A stretch of 64,000 nt of DNA from Felis catus (taxonomy: Eukaryota): positions 20,896,001 to 20,960,000 of the forward strand of contig NC_058383.1 of NCBI RefSeq assembly GCF_018350175.1, given 5' to 3'. Below are positions 52,081 through 64,000 of the stretch, one piece after another. The notes beneath the pieces were generated by a model. The model was not told the DNA's origin. It was given only the letters and a program-made list of their open reading frames with translations, and made no database searches. Every line of letters starts with the position of its first letter. The stretch's first letter is position 1. A program made the position numbers and the translations under genes.

Positions 52081-52789
52081 ACCAGAAATCTATACCCTTT
52101 CTTCCCCACTGGAACATGCAAAGCTTCCCTGTCACTGAAACAGATCTCACCAGTGAACTGAATGTTGAGATGACAATTAGATAGACCTAACTAGGTGGAC
52201 CTCTCGGACACCTTCGAAGACCTGGGGCTTTGGAGGAGGTCAGCAGGATTCTAATCTGGGGGAACAGATGATACATTGAGCTTGTGACCTGTAAGACTTG
52301 ATGTGAATTTAACACAACTGGAAGGTGGTTCAAGAGACACATGAAAAATACGCGAAGGCACACATTTGTCCCAACAGTCAAGGCTAGAGATAAAGAATGT
52401 GAAAGCAACCTTTGGATGTGTGATAGCTAAAGCCATGAAGCATTGACATTTGAGAAGGCAGAAAGGTGAGACCCTGAGGATGACCGACGCTAAGGCTCAA
52501 GCCACGAACCATAGAGTGGAAAGAGAAGCCAGCGGCAGCTAAGCGCAGAAACAGACTTGTGCTACGGAAAACAGTACAGGAGGCTTTCAAAAGGCTTCAT
52601 GATAAAGAAGTGAAGACCTCTGTGCTTTTGCTTGCCCGGAATCTATCCATTCCCCCGTATTCTTCTGGCGGCACCCGTATGCTCCCTGGGAACCACCCCT
52701 CTCTGTCACGTTTTCCTCGTATGATGGCCCCCTTCCCCCTGAATCCAGGATTGCCCATGTTTCAGACATGGCGAACCATGAGTCTATTC

Positions 52790-53360
52790 CCCCATCACCA
52801 CGGCTGGCTTAGAATGGACATATGAGGGCGCCTGGGTGGCTCAGTCAGTTGAGCATCTTGATTTCAGCTCAGGTCACAATCCCAGGGTCACGGGATCAAT
52901 CCCTGCTTAAGGTTCTCTCTCGATCTCTCCCTCTGCCCCTCTCTCTCCCCTGCTTGTGCTCTCACTCTCTCTAAAGTAAAATTTAAAAAAAAATTTAACT
53001 GAAAAAAAAGAAAAAAGAATGGACATATGACCCAAGTGGATCCGGTGGGAATCAACATTGAGACTTTCCGGTGGAATTCTTAGAAAAGCTACTTCTCTTG
53101 ACAATCCAGGGTGCCTAGGCTACAAAGGTGAAAGCACAGAGCTTCTGGGACCATCTGTGCCTCCACAGGGAAAGCCTGTCTATAAATAAACAAACACAAA
53201 ATTACATCCAAGGGATTGCTTGGGGCGGGGGGAGGGGCGGTGCATCTGCCCACCCAGATCCAGCTATTTGAATATTTACATATGGCCCCTGGATTTTCCA
53301 GTTATGTAAGCAAATAAGTTCTCCTTTTCAGTCGGTTTCTGTCACTCACCCCTGAAAGTG
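52790..53360 (+). mobile_element. MLT1-like LTR remnant split by a Can-SINE (52826-53016)
   Basis: SINE TSD agaatggacatatga; LTR-like end ctggattttccagttatgtaagcaaataagtt...ggtttctgtcact. Confidence 0.65.
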
Positions 53361-54163
53361 ATGCCCAATATATCACCACTGTGCTCCAGAGAGACCTCGG
53401 TCACAACACAGGTTTCTTTATGTATCCATGAGTCTCTATTAAATCACAAATTCTTTGAGAGCAAGCATCGTGTTCCCCCCACTCCCAGGGCAGCACCTAG
53501 CTCGGGGCCAGGCACTTTCGAAACAAACCCCACTGAATTCATTTGAATCAAGTGAATGAAATAATACAGGCAAAAGGGTGTCATAAGCTACAGAGCATTT
53601 TTTTACTATGATTCCAAAAAAAAGGCAATGTAATAGCCTCTCTCTACTTTTAGGACTTACTGAATCTGAAGTTCAATCAAGTTCATCGACAAGAGGTACC
53701 CTCAGAGTATTCTGTTCAGCTACAGGCAGTCCTATCAATCTGAGCCCGTAGCTTTTTTTTTCCCCCCTCTCTTTCTCAAATGCATCCTTTAAGGAAACAC
53801 AGTGCTGGTACTTAAAATCAAATCTTCTCGAGGTAAATGCTTTTCCTTATACAAAAACAAAGCAAAACAAAAAAGAATAAAGGAGTACATCATTTGAAGT
53901 AATAAAAGAAACAATTTATGATCCAGCTCTGATGTTCAAATGCAAAATGGGACGGAAAAAATGTCTGGGTATAATGAATCTTGCAACATTTGCGGAGGTC
54001 CCGCATGGCAAGGAAGGACAACAAATGATTCAAAAATAGAAACCCGTTCAATTCGAAGACTTTTTGCAGAAGCGAAGTAGGCGCACACGCACAAACCGTA
54101 CAACGTAATCAAAAACATAATAACAAGATTCTAAACAGAAACTAAGAATCTACAATTTTCAGA

Positions 54164-54385
54164 TTTTTTTTTTATTTTAACATTTATTCAACAGAGAGAG
54201 AGAGAGAGAGACAAAGCATGAGCGGGGGAGGGGCAGAGAGAGAGAGTGAGACACAGAATCCGAAGCAGGCTCCAGGCTCTGAGCTGTCAGACAGAGCCTG
54301 GTGTGGGGCTCGAACTCATGAACTGCGAGATCATGACCTGAGCTGAAGTCGGAACGCTTAACCGACTGAGCCGCCTGGGTGCCCC
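54164..54385 (-). mobile_element. Can-SINE
   Basis: Reverse-strand full element. Confidence 0.92.
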
Positions 54386-54449
54386 AAGACTCTGTGATTT
54401 TTAGGCCCCGTGATGAGAAACTCTCACTGTATCTTTGAGCCACACTTAC

Positions 54450-54475
54450 CTCTACACTCTTTCTTCCCATGCATT
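54450..54475 (-). other. Putative 26-nt microexon of an unidentified minus-strand transcript
   Basis: Minus strand: tctgttctttcctctgttccttcctttttaatctgtgtttgctag|AATGCATGGGAAGAAAGAGTGTAGAG|gtaagt. Confidence 0.55.
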
Positions 54476-55884
54476 CTAGCAAACACAGATTAAAAAGGAA
54501 GGAACAGAGGAAAGAACAGATACCATCTACTACAGCAATGACGAATGTAAGTTTGGGAGGGCAGGGAATCTGGGAGCCCCCGGCTCTGCCTCCGTGTGAC
54601 TCTGGGCAAGTATTTCCACTTCTCCGAGCCTCAGTTTCTACATGTGCGTAAGGGCTAACGTAATAGTGCCCCCACAGGTGGTTGGGATTGAGTGAGAAAA
54701 TGGAATGGGAAGTGCTTACCCCAAAGGAGTGGTCACTGTTTTAAGAATCCTTTCATCGTGCATGGTTTAAATCAGCCAAAATCAGCAAGACTCCGCCACA
54801 TGAAGGGAGCCACAACCCGAATGCCTGGTGGCTAACCAGGCTCTGCTTCTAACTACCAGTCCCACCTTGATCAAGGTAATTCACCATGTGCAAGGGGAGT
54901 CGCTTGGAACCTAAGATCTTTGAGGCTCCTTCCATCTAAAAGGACCTGACCAAGCCAGACAAACACTTATATTAAGAGAACAGGCAAAACAAAAGAAACA
55001 AACAAAAACAAAACAAAACAAAACCACCCATGTCTTTGACTTAGACGGAGCCCTGAACACCGGCCACGTAGTCTCTCCTGGGTCTCATCCCTTCCTCTCC
55101 GGACGAAGCCTTGACAAGATGCCCTGAATCACTGCAGCCACGGGGAAGAAGCCAATGGCGGAAAAGCATCATTTCTCCCCCTCATCGAAAGGTCTGTGAA
55201 CCCGCACGTGGGGCTCTCCACCAAAGCTTAAGTGGAAAGGACATCTTCCAATAACCAACATCATAATCTCCCCCCCCCCACGCACACGCGTGTTGCCAGC
55301 CCAAACAGACAGAGATGCCCGGGGAGCACTTTTCAAGAAACAGTCAGCTTAAGATGTCATCCATCCAGTTCCCGTTGACCCTGATGAGTGATGTCACTGC
55401 CCCTTAGGAAACAGATACAGGAATCACAGACATCCACAACAGCCAACTACCGGAGAGCTCATTTACCGGCTTGCTTTAAGCCTGTCATTCACTACCGAGG
55501 AGACGGGGGAAGTGGGGAAGGACAAGTTGCTGCCTGTCTAATTAGAGACTTAAGACAATTAGCAGACAATTCTAAGTGTTCACTCGTCCATTCATTTCTT
55601 CAGTAAGTATTTATTAAGTGCAAGGTTCTGTTCTGGATGTGGAGGATATCGCAGTACGCGAAACAGGAAAAGATCCTTGCTCTCGTGGAGTGTAAACAGA
55701 AAACAAGATAACCTCAGGCAGGGTCAGCGGTATGGTAAAGAGGCACCCGGGCTGGAGGGAGCAGGACGGCAGCCCATGCACGCAGGTTGTGGCCCGGACA
55801 CTTCGAGAGGACACTAGTCACACCGGGAAGGAGTGACAAGAGAGACACAGCCGGGCAAAGCAAAGCCCAAGAGCCACTGAGGTG

Positions 55885-56100
55885 CAGAGATTCCTAAAGG
55901 GGGCGCTGCTACCATTTGGAGTGGGGCTGTTTTTCTTGCGTGGGTCTGTCCGGAGCATCACAGGACATTATTTAGCATCCCTGGACCCCACGCACCAGAT
56001 GTCTCTAGGCAGGGTCCTCTCCTGCGTCACGGGGACAACCGAAAATGCTCCCCTCACTCGCCAAGAGGAAGGGCCGTGACTCTCCTGTTGAGAACCACGG
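55885..56100. mobile_element. MER20-like hAT DNA transposon remnant
   Basis: tttagcatccctggacccc...gacaaccgaaaatg...gttgagaaccac. Confidence 0.7.
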
Positions 56101-56228
56101 ATGAAGCAGAGAACCAGGGCAAAGGCCCGGAGTCCGCAGCAAGCTTGGGCTGTCTGATACCCAGAGAGGCAGCCCGGGAGCCTGGCATATGAGGAGCAGT
56201 GGGGAATGTGCTAGGAGCTGAGCTTACA

Positions 56229-56451
56229 GGGGCGCCTGGATGGCTCAGTCGGTTGAACGTCCGACTTCGGCTCAGGTCACGATCTCACGGCTCATGGGTT
56301 CAAGCCCCGCGTGGAGCTCTGTGCTGACAGCTCGGAGCCTGGAGCCCGCTTCGGATTCTGTGTCTCCCCCTCTCCCTGCCCCTCCCCTGCTCGTGCTCTG
56401 TCTCTGTCTCTCGACCATAAATACACGTTAAAAATTTAAAAGAAAAAAAAA
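56229..56451 (+). mobile_element. Can-SINE
   Basis: Full element. Confidence 0.92.
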
Positions 56452-56864
56452 AAGAGTTGAGTTCCTAGTCGTGAATGCTTGGCTGTGATGTACTGAGTCT
56501 GCATCCTGTCAGCTGGGACGACTGCTGGCAGGAGACAGAAACAGAGCACAGAGGCCACACTCACCCACACACTTCCCGCACAGCCTCGGGAAAGGGGGTA
56601 CGAGGTTGTGGATAATGAGACTGCCGCTGTCCAGGGGCTGCCGATCACAAATACGGCAGAAGCAGAGGCAAGAGAGCAAAGTTCGATCGCTCACCAGTCC
56701 TGAAATGTGCACCACCGCGTGCCTCCCCGGGCTGGACGGCAGTCCCGATACACGCTGTCACCGGCTGAGCCCCCCGCCACAGATGTTAACGAATAACCTC
56801 CCATCGCGTGTTCTCTCTTCTCACTTCAAGTGAATCACATCCAGTATTTAAAGGGTCAAGGTCT

Positions 56865-57090
56865 GGGGCGCCTGGGTGGCTCCGTCGGTTTGGCATCCGA
56901 CTTCGGCTCAGGTCATGATCTCACGGATTCGTGAGTTCGAGCCCCGAGTCGGGCTCGGTGCCGACAGCTTGAAGGCTGGAGCCTGCTTCAGGTTCTGTGT
57001 CTCCCTCTCTCTCTGACCCTCCCCCACTCACACTCTGTCTCTCTCTCTCTCTCTCTCAAAAATAAATAAACAATAAGAGATAATAATAAC
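56865..57090 (+). mobile_element. Can-SINE
   Basis: Full element; TSD aaagggtcaaggtc. Confidence 0.94.
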
Positions 57091-57211
57091 AAAGGGTCAA
57101 GGTCACTCACTCTGCAGGGACCAGACGACCCAGAACGGTCATATCCTCAAAGACAGGCTCCTGCAACCTGGGTTTGAACCGCCATTCTAAATAACTTCCT
57201 CACTATGCCTT

Positions 57212-57730
57212 TGAGAAAGTTAACTTTATGCGTCGACTTGACTGGGTGGAAGGATGCCCAGATGGCTGGGAAAACATTATTTCTGGGTGCATCTAGGAGG
57301 ATGTTTCCGAAAGAGATTGGCTTTTGAATCCGGTAGACAGCGTGAGGGGCAGGCTGCCTCCGGCCTCGCTCGAGGGATGGCCGGACGCCCAGGTCTGTGC
57401 CGTCAGGCACACAGTGACTGGCTCGGGGATGGCTGTGACCCCCCCATGACAGCCAGCGAGCATCAGCCTGAGAACGCCTGCTGAATCGAGTTGAGAGACC
57501 ACAGTGACTGGCTCGTCCTCGACCGGGGTGGGCCATCTGAAAGTAAGCCCGGAACTACGGGCAGTCGCCCATCAGGGAGGCCTGCCTGACCACGAAGCCA
57601 GTACAAAACAGAGCAAAGGATTCGAGACAGAGCCCTGATGGCTTTGAGTCCCTGGCTACAGCTTCTCCTGACACCTCTGGGCAACACTGGACCCTCCAGT
57701 TAGTTGAGCAAATAAATTCCCTTACGGGGA
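57212..57730 (+). mobile_element. MLT2-like 5' LTR fragment followed by MLT1-like LTR remnant
   Basis: gttaactttatgcgtcgacttgactggg...ggatgcccagatggctgggaaaacattatttctgggtg; ends gagcaaataaattccctt. Confidence 0.7.
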
Positions 57731-58004
57731 AGGGTGACATCACTCGCAACAGACAGCATCCTGACTTACAGAAACAGTATCCGTCACTACGGTCTGCAGT
57801 GCCGACGGTCTCAATGTTCACACAGGGGGACCACGGTGGCCTCTTAGCACACGCTTTGAACGAGATCCTTTGACAAGAGTGCAAGGGCTGGTGGCCTAGC
57901 TCCTCCATGCACAGACACTGGAAATGTACTCTCCGTAATACCCTAGGGAATCAGCTACACTGCCAAGCGTGTTTTGTTGTTGTTGTTTTAAAACAAAGAC
58001 TAGA

Positions 58005-58217
58005 GGGGCGCCTGGGTGGCGCAGTCGGTTAAGCGTCCGACTTCAGCCAGGTCACGATCTCGCGGTCCGTGAGTTCGAGCCCCGCGTCGGGCTCTGGGCT
58101 GACAGCTCAGAGCCTGGAGCCTGTTTCCGATTCTGTGTCTCCTTCTCTCTCTGCCCCTCCCCCATTCATGCTCTGTCTCTCTCTGTCTCAAAAATAAATA
58201 AATGCTAAAAAAAAAAA
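58005..58217 (+). mobile_element. Young SINEC_Fc-type SINE
   Basis: Full element; TSD tttaaaacaaagactag. Confidence 0.95.
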
Positions 58218-59355
58218 ATTTAAAACAAAGACTAGTGTGGAATTCGCGAAGCACACTGGCTGCACTGTAGAGAGAGCTCTCGGGAGGCTGATCCTTCCAC
58301 AGCTGGGTACAGATGTGCCCCACACAACAGAACTCCGCTGGGGTCAGTGCGGCCGCTGGACCCCTCACCGTCCTGAGAATAAGGCCCGAAATCCCCACCA
58401 TCAGGTGCCCCCCTCGGCTTCCAGCACTCTCTGCCTCTCTAAGGCTGACGTTGGGGTACATCCGCGTCACGGGGGAGAGGTCACCTGCATTCACAGGCTT
58501 ACCTGTCCACATCACACAAGCCTACTCGTCACACGAGCTGGCAGCCTCGTAAGGAGACGAGAAAGGCCCGGAATGGCTGGTTCGTGGCCGAGCGCCAGGC
58601 TACGCTGTGAATTCCTGAAGAGGAAGGAATTGCATCTTTCGCGGACCCCACTGTGGCCCAGCACCCGGCACAGTAGCTGGAACAGAAGCACACGGTCCGT
58701 ATGCGTTGGATACATGGTTTATGGTAGACAGGCCCCGGAGCTAGGAGTTCGTTTCCGGTTTCTGGTCCCAGCTCTGCCACAAGTCCACACACTCACATCC
58801 GTGCCCTGCGCCTCCGGGAGGGTGGGGGGGACCGGGGGCCCCATTCCAGCAAATGAACAGGTGATCTCTGAGACCGGAGATCTGAGACCGGAATCCCGCA
58901 CGGACGGGTTTGGCTTGGCCCCTCCTGCAATTTCACACATTTGTAGCAATCTTCCCAGGAAGATTTGGAAATCCGGCTTCCCCTACAAAACGGAAGTTCC
59001 GGCAACCCTGAGCTCACGCCAATCAAGGCAGCAGTGGGCCAAGCAGTGGGCCAAGGGACCACCTCTCTGACCCAGGGCTGCCTCTCTGACCCAGCCTGGG
59101 ATGTCCCACCCTCCACAATCCCACACGTCCCTGTGCCCAGACCGAAAGTCAGCTGCACGTTATGGTCACACGACCCTGTTTCTTTTCTTTGAGTGAAGAA
59201 GTAGCTACGAAGACAGACCAAGAGGACCACGTTTTACAATTTTTTACAGGTAACACATTTCTTTATAGGAGTGAGTTTAATCCGCACCTACTTAATAACA
59301 CAATGTATCATCCACGTAGCATTTGCCAGATTCCATTCAAAACACACGACCTTTA

Positions 59356-59818
59356 GGGGCTCACAGTCAGTCGAGCAGCCGACTTTGGCTCAGGTCATGA
59401 TCTCGAGGTCCATGAGTTCGAGCCCCGTGTCGGGCTCTGTGCTGACAGCTCGGAGCCTGGACCCTGCTTCAGATCCTGTGCCTCCCTCTCTCTCTGTCCC
59501 TCCCCCGCTCATGCTCTGTCTCTCTCTGCCAAAAATAAATACACAAAAAAAATTAAAAAAACACACACACACACACACACACATGACATTTGGGGCACCT
59601 GGATGGCTCAGTTGGTTAGGCAGCCGACTCTTGATTTGGGCTCAGGTCATGATCTTGCGGTTGGTGAAACTGAACCCCGTCTCGGGCTCTGCCCTGGTAG
59701 CACGGAGCCTGCTTCGGATTCTCTCTCTCCCCTCCCTTCTCTCTGCCCCGCCTCCCCCAATCGCACGGTCACCGTCTGTCTCTGTCAAAGTAAGTAAACT
59801 TTAAAAAAATAAAATAAA
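59356..59818 (+). mobile_element. Two tandem Can-SINEs (59356-59561 and 59592-59818) separated by (CA)n
   Basis: Two heads and tails. Confidence 0.88.
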
Positions 59819-60559
59819 CACATTACAGTATATTTAACCCATTCGATCCTCATAGCAAGACTATGAGGACCCTTATTTTTTAAAAGAGCCAACTGAGGCA
59901 CAGACAGGTTAAGTCACGTGTGCAGGGTCATACATCCAGTAAGGTCACACATCCAGTAAGGTCACAACATCCAGTGAGCACCCAAGCTAGCAGTGAAACA
60001 CAGGCAGCCTGGTCACACCCAGAACTGTTCACCAATCCAATCTCCCCTGCTTCTCCACTTTTCAGAGACGGGAAGTTTGACCCGGCAACTGCAGGTGATC
60101 TTTCCCCTAAATTCAATCAAAAAGTGCAGGACAGGACGGGGCCCCAGAATTCAAACCAACCAGCTTCCAGCCCACTGCTATTTTTTCCCCACCATGATGT
60201 TGAATCCTGTATCCCAGACTGGAGTTAACTGCTCGTATAAGTGTCCCTCTGAACCAAGAGAACGGAGTCGTGTTAGAAAGTCTCACTCGCTACTTTGTAA
60301 AACGCGTCGCCACATGACCACACTTAATGCTCAGGTGCGCGGAGAAACAGACCCGAATGCAGAGGGATGTCGGCTGTCCGCCCATGTAAGGAGATCTACA
60401 GGCACACGGGGGACCCCCAATGAACTCCCGTCACCCTGCACCAAGATGCTTGAGACAAGAGAAGAGCTGACAAATCCGGTTATCCAAAGTCAGGTTCAGG
60501 ATGGAAAGAGTCGAGATTATTCAGATGACTAATAACCAAAGATACCAGAAGTGTACCTC

Positions 60560-61175
60560 ACAATACCAACATATGGGCATTTTCAAAATAATAAGATGTA
60601 TGTGATTGTATCTTGATAATCTGTGAAATACATCTTCCAGCCCATCAATAGATGAATGGATCAAAAAGAACGTGGTATTTATGTACATATATACACGTAT
60701 ACATATGTACATATATACGTACATGTGCGTATGTACGTGTATACATACACAATACACACACAATACAATACACAACGGAGTATTACTCAGCCATGAGAAA
60801 GGAGGGTGTCCTGCCATTTGGGACAAGATGGATGGACTCTGAACACATCATGCTAAGTGAAATAAGTCAGACAAAGAATTGAAAAAAAAATCAAATTTGT
60901 AGAAAACCGAAGATAAATTGGTTGGTTACAAGGGCATGGGGGGAGCAGGGGATAAGACTGATGTTATGTTTAAGGGTATAAACTTGCAATGAGTAGTTAA
61001 TAAGCCATAGAAATCTAACGCACAATATAATGAAGGCAGGCAACAATATTGTAGCGTAATTATGTCCTGTGATTGTCTCTACAATGACAATCACATTACA
61101 ATACATAAATGCATCAGAGTAATACATCAGACACCTTAAACTTACATGTTATATGTCAAATATAGTCAATAAAGA
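60560..61175 (+). mobile_element. L1 3' end fragment (L1MA-like)
   Basis: ccatcaatagatgaatggat, tgccatttgggacaagatggatgga, ctaagtgaaataagtcag, acaccttaaacttac...caataaa. Confidence 0.85.
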
Positions 61176-61214
61176 TCTACATCTGTTTATCTGTCTATAT
61201 CTGTATCTAGAGAT

Positions 61215-61330
61215 ATGGATGGATGAAAGGAAAGATGGATGGATGGATGGATGGATGGATGGATGGATGGACGGATGGACGGATGGGTAGATGGATGGAC
61301 AGACGGGTGGACGGACGGAGAGATGGATCC
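61215..61330. repeat. (GGAT)n/(GGAC)n microsatellite
   Basis: Directly visible. Confidence 0.95.
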
Positions 61331-62699
61331 ATCTTCCATTGTTCCTATTTCCCCATATCCTGGAGGCAGAGAGGAGGAAGCCTAGGCAGAAGGTTCTAGA
61401 AATCCCCTACAAGGGACGAATCTCAGGGATGGGTTTACTGGGAAGGCACTCTTGGCTCATAAATCTACAGGGTATGTTGGAGATCTTTAGCTACATCAGA
61501 AGGCATTATTTTTGTTATCACTACCACCGTTGACAACAAGAGTGTTGCCATTTTAGGGCTGTTTACCTTGTGCACAGTGCCACAAGCTTTACATGTCCTA
61601 TCCTACTAATGAGCATAACTAGGCCATGAAGTAGTTACCTCCCGATGAGAAAATGAAAAGCTTGAGGGCTTGGAGGACAGACCCAAGGTCCCACAGTTGC
61701 TACTTAGTAAGGGCAAGATCAGCAATTAAAATACAGAGCCTTCCATTAGCCCACGCTATATACATTGCCCCTCCTTCCGGAAATCCACTGGGTCCCATTC
61801 AAGTCCTGGGATGCTTTTTGGGTTTGGGGGCCAAAAGGCATTTCTGGAAGCTGTTTTGGGGTGTGAAGAGCTCCACGGAGTCACCCAGGCTCTGACGGTC
61901 CTTTGTGGCGCTCAGAATGCCAGCTGAAGGTCAACGGATGTCACCGTGAAAGCGGAGAAAGGAAAGGCTTGCTCTCCAGCGCTCGTTAGCAGGAAAATAA
62001 TCATGCATTTCCTATTGTTTTGTGGCAAAGTTGCAAGGGTCAGCCTAAGAGATGGCATATCAATGCGGCCCACCAAATGAGTCCGTCGAGATGAGAATAT
62101 CAATTTATTGGAGCAGACGTACGTCAACAGAATTCATACCATGTAAAAAGTTAGCTGATGTAAACTGCCTCCAAAAAACACTACCTATTTGGCAGTTTCT
62201 CTAAGGCTCATCTGGAGCCCAGGATCTGGGGGCGGACTGGAGGACGCGGGGGGACAGGGGAGGGTATGAGGGAATCAGGAAAGTAGCGTGGGAGACTACC
62301 ATATTGGTTTTAGAATATTTGTCTTCAAGACACAAATTTCAAAATCGGAAAGCCTGATCCGGTTGCTAGGGCTGAAACTTACTCCCTGGATGGAAGGGTG
62401 GGCAGAACGTGTCTCGTGACACCCCGTAAGGGGTTCTGCAATGTTTCTCCCCCAATCTTGGGTCAGGAGAGGCCACCAAAAATGCAGTTTGATTAAGCTG
62501 TGCCTTTGTAACCATTATGAAAAGGTTTATCCTTCCAAGGTAGACTCTAACAAAATTGCATGCTCACTGTTGGACAGCAAAGAGAGAAACGCAAATCTTC
62601 CAGAAGTCCCAAGCAAGTCCTCTGATTTGCATATGATATAAGGAAGCATCTGTATTTTCCCAAAGGCTTGCACTTGCCTGACCTGAAGCCCCTGTCGAT

Positions 62700-63325
62700 A
62701 CAGCAATGTGCCTTAAAGGGCTTACTCAGTGTGCTTGGGGAGCCCAAACCCCATACCTTCCAAAGAAAGGACTGACCCTTGACCATGTCCTAGGAGATGA
62801 ACTCTGAGCCCTTGGATTATCCTCCATAATCAGAGTGTCTCTGCACACCTGAGACACTGGGCCATGGTGACTAGACTGTGCTAACATGGTGATTTAGAGT
62901 GAGCAGCTGTTTTTGTCGGCCTGGGGCCCCAGGGGCATGCTACATCAGTTTGACTTCTGGAACGGGGAGGGGGTGGGATGAACCTGGAGACCAAGTTGCT
63001 AAGGTCAATCCACAGAGGAACTCCATGCCTCCACGACTGCCCCCCAGGACGATTCCTGGACATCAACCCTCGGGGAGTTTCCCTGGGTGGCAATACTCAT
63101 CACGTCTGTCACACATCATTGCCGGGACAAAGAGCGCTGCCTGTGCTAACCCCAAACTTGGGTCCCGTGTCTCCTGGACTCTGCCCTCCGTGTGTTCTCC
63201 CTTTGCTGATTTTCACCGTAATGAACCACAACCGTGAGTATAACAGCTTCTCTGAGTTCTGTGAGTCTTTCTAGCAAATCATCAAATCTAAAGGTGGTTT
63301 TGGAGACCCCCCCCCCAACCACACA
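62700..63325 (+). mobile_element. MER77/MER68-like ERVL LTR
   Basis: Ends aaccgtgagtataacagcttctctgagttctgtgagtctttctagcaaatcatcaaatctaaaggtggttttggagacccc; 5' boundary uncertain. Confidence 0.7.
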
Positions 63326-64000
63326 AGGAGGGAGGGAGGGAAGAGAGAAGGCAGAGGGAGGGAGGGAAGGGAGGAGGGTAGGAAGGATGGAGGAAAAGAG
63401 GGATAGGAATAAAATGAAACAAGAAGAAAACCCAAGGAGTTGCTCCAATACCAAATTTCTTACTGTCTGAGCTCCAAGTAATAACAGGAAAGAAAATGCC
63501 TTGTATACAAGAGCCCTGAAAGACACGGAAAATAGATAAAAATCAGAGGCTGCCTGTGCAGCAGTCGGGGAACAATTTCACCACTCCACCATCGAGATTG
63601 CTTTGTCTGACTGTCTCCCCGGTACGGCCACTAACCTCCACCTTTGGGAGGTAGCAACTATGCCCTTTTGATGAAAACATTCCGTTTCAGAAATAAAATA
63701 AAACTTTGAGAAGTGATCGGGAAGAGACTCAAACAGATGACGGCGTTAAATAATGCCTTTTTGTGGTCAGACAAGAAGGTAACACGGACCGATGCCTGGT
63801 TCTACGCCACCGATGGAGAACAGCGAGCGTCTAAGGCTCTGGCCAGGCTGAGGGCATGTGTTCCCATGCCTGCACCTGATGCTAGAAACTCAGGGCTCCG
63901 TCCACACTCTCACCCTTCTCAATTCATTGAAAACCACTTCAAGCAAAAATCATTTGAAAGAAATTACCTCTGTGTATTACCCCATGAGCAGTGAAAAATG

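Noticed and set aside
58237..59070. 277-aa plus-strand ORF
   Set aside because: Non-ATG start directly after a SINE, GC-rich, overlaps repeat-like sequence, and no recognisable domain.

Overview
Mammalian genomic DNA, almost certainly from a felid: it carries about 42 Can-SINEs, including several near-identical young copies of the cat SINEC_Fc type. No protein-coding exon of a recognisable gene could be identified, and the long ORFs in the track derive from SINEs, microsatellites or chance. The window is mostly repeats: Can-SINEs, MIR and L2 remnants, a ~7 kb decayed L1 with nested insertions, MLT1/MLT2/MER77-like LTRs, MER20/MER91-like DNA elements and a ~1 kb compound GGAT array. Between them lie repeat-free blocks rich in homeodomain, SOX and FOX motifs that look like conserved enhancers. 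The most interesting signal is a putative minus-strand spliced transcript: a 26-nt microexon with strong splice sites (54450-54475), a ~0.5 kb terminal exon with a strong acceptor and AATAAA (~13520-14013), and a retroelement strand bias that fits it. I could not name the gene. I found no evidence of a wholly new biological system. Repeat subfamily names come from recalled consensus sequences, not a database search.
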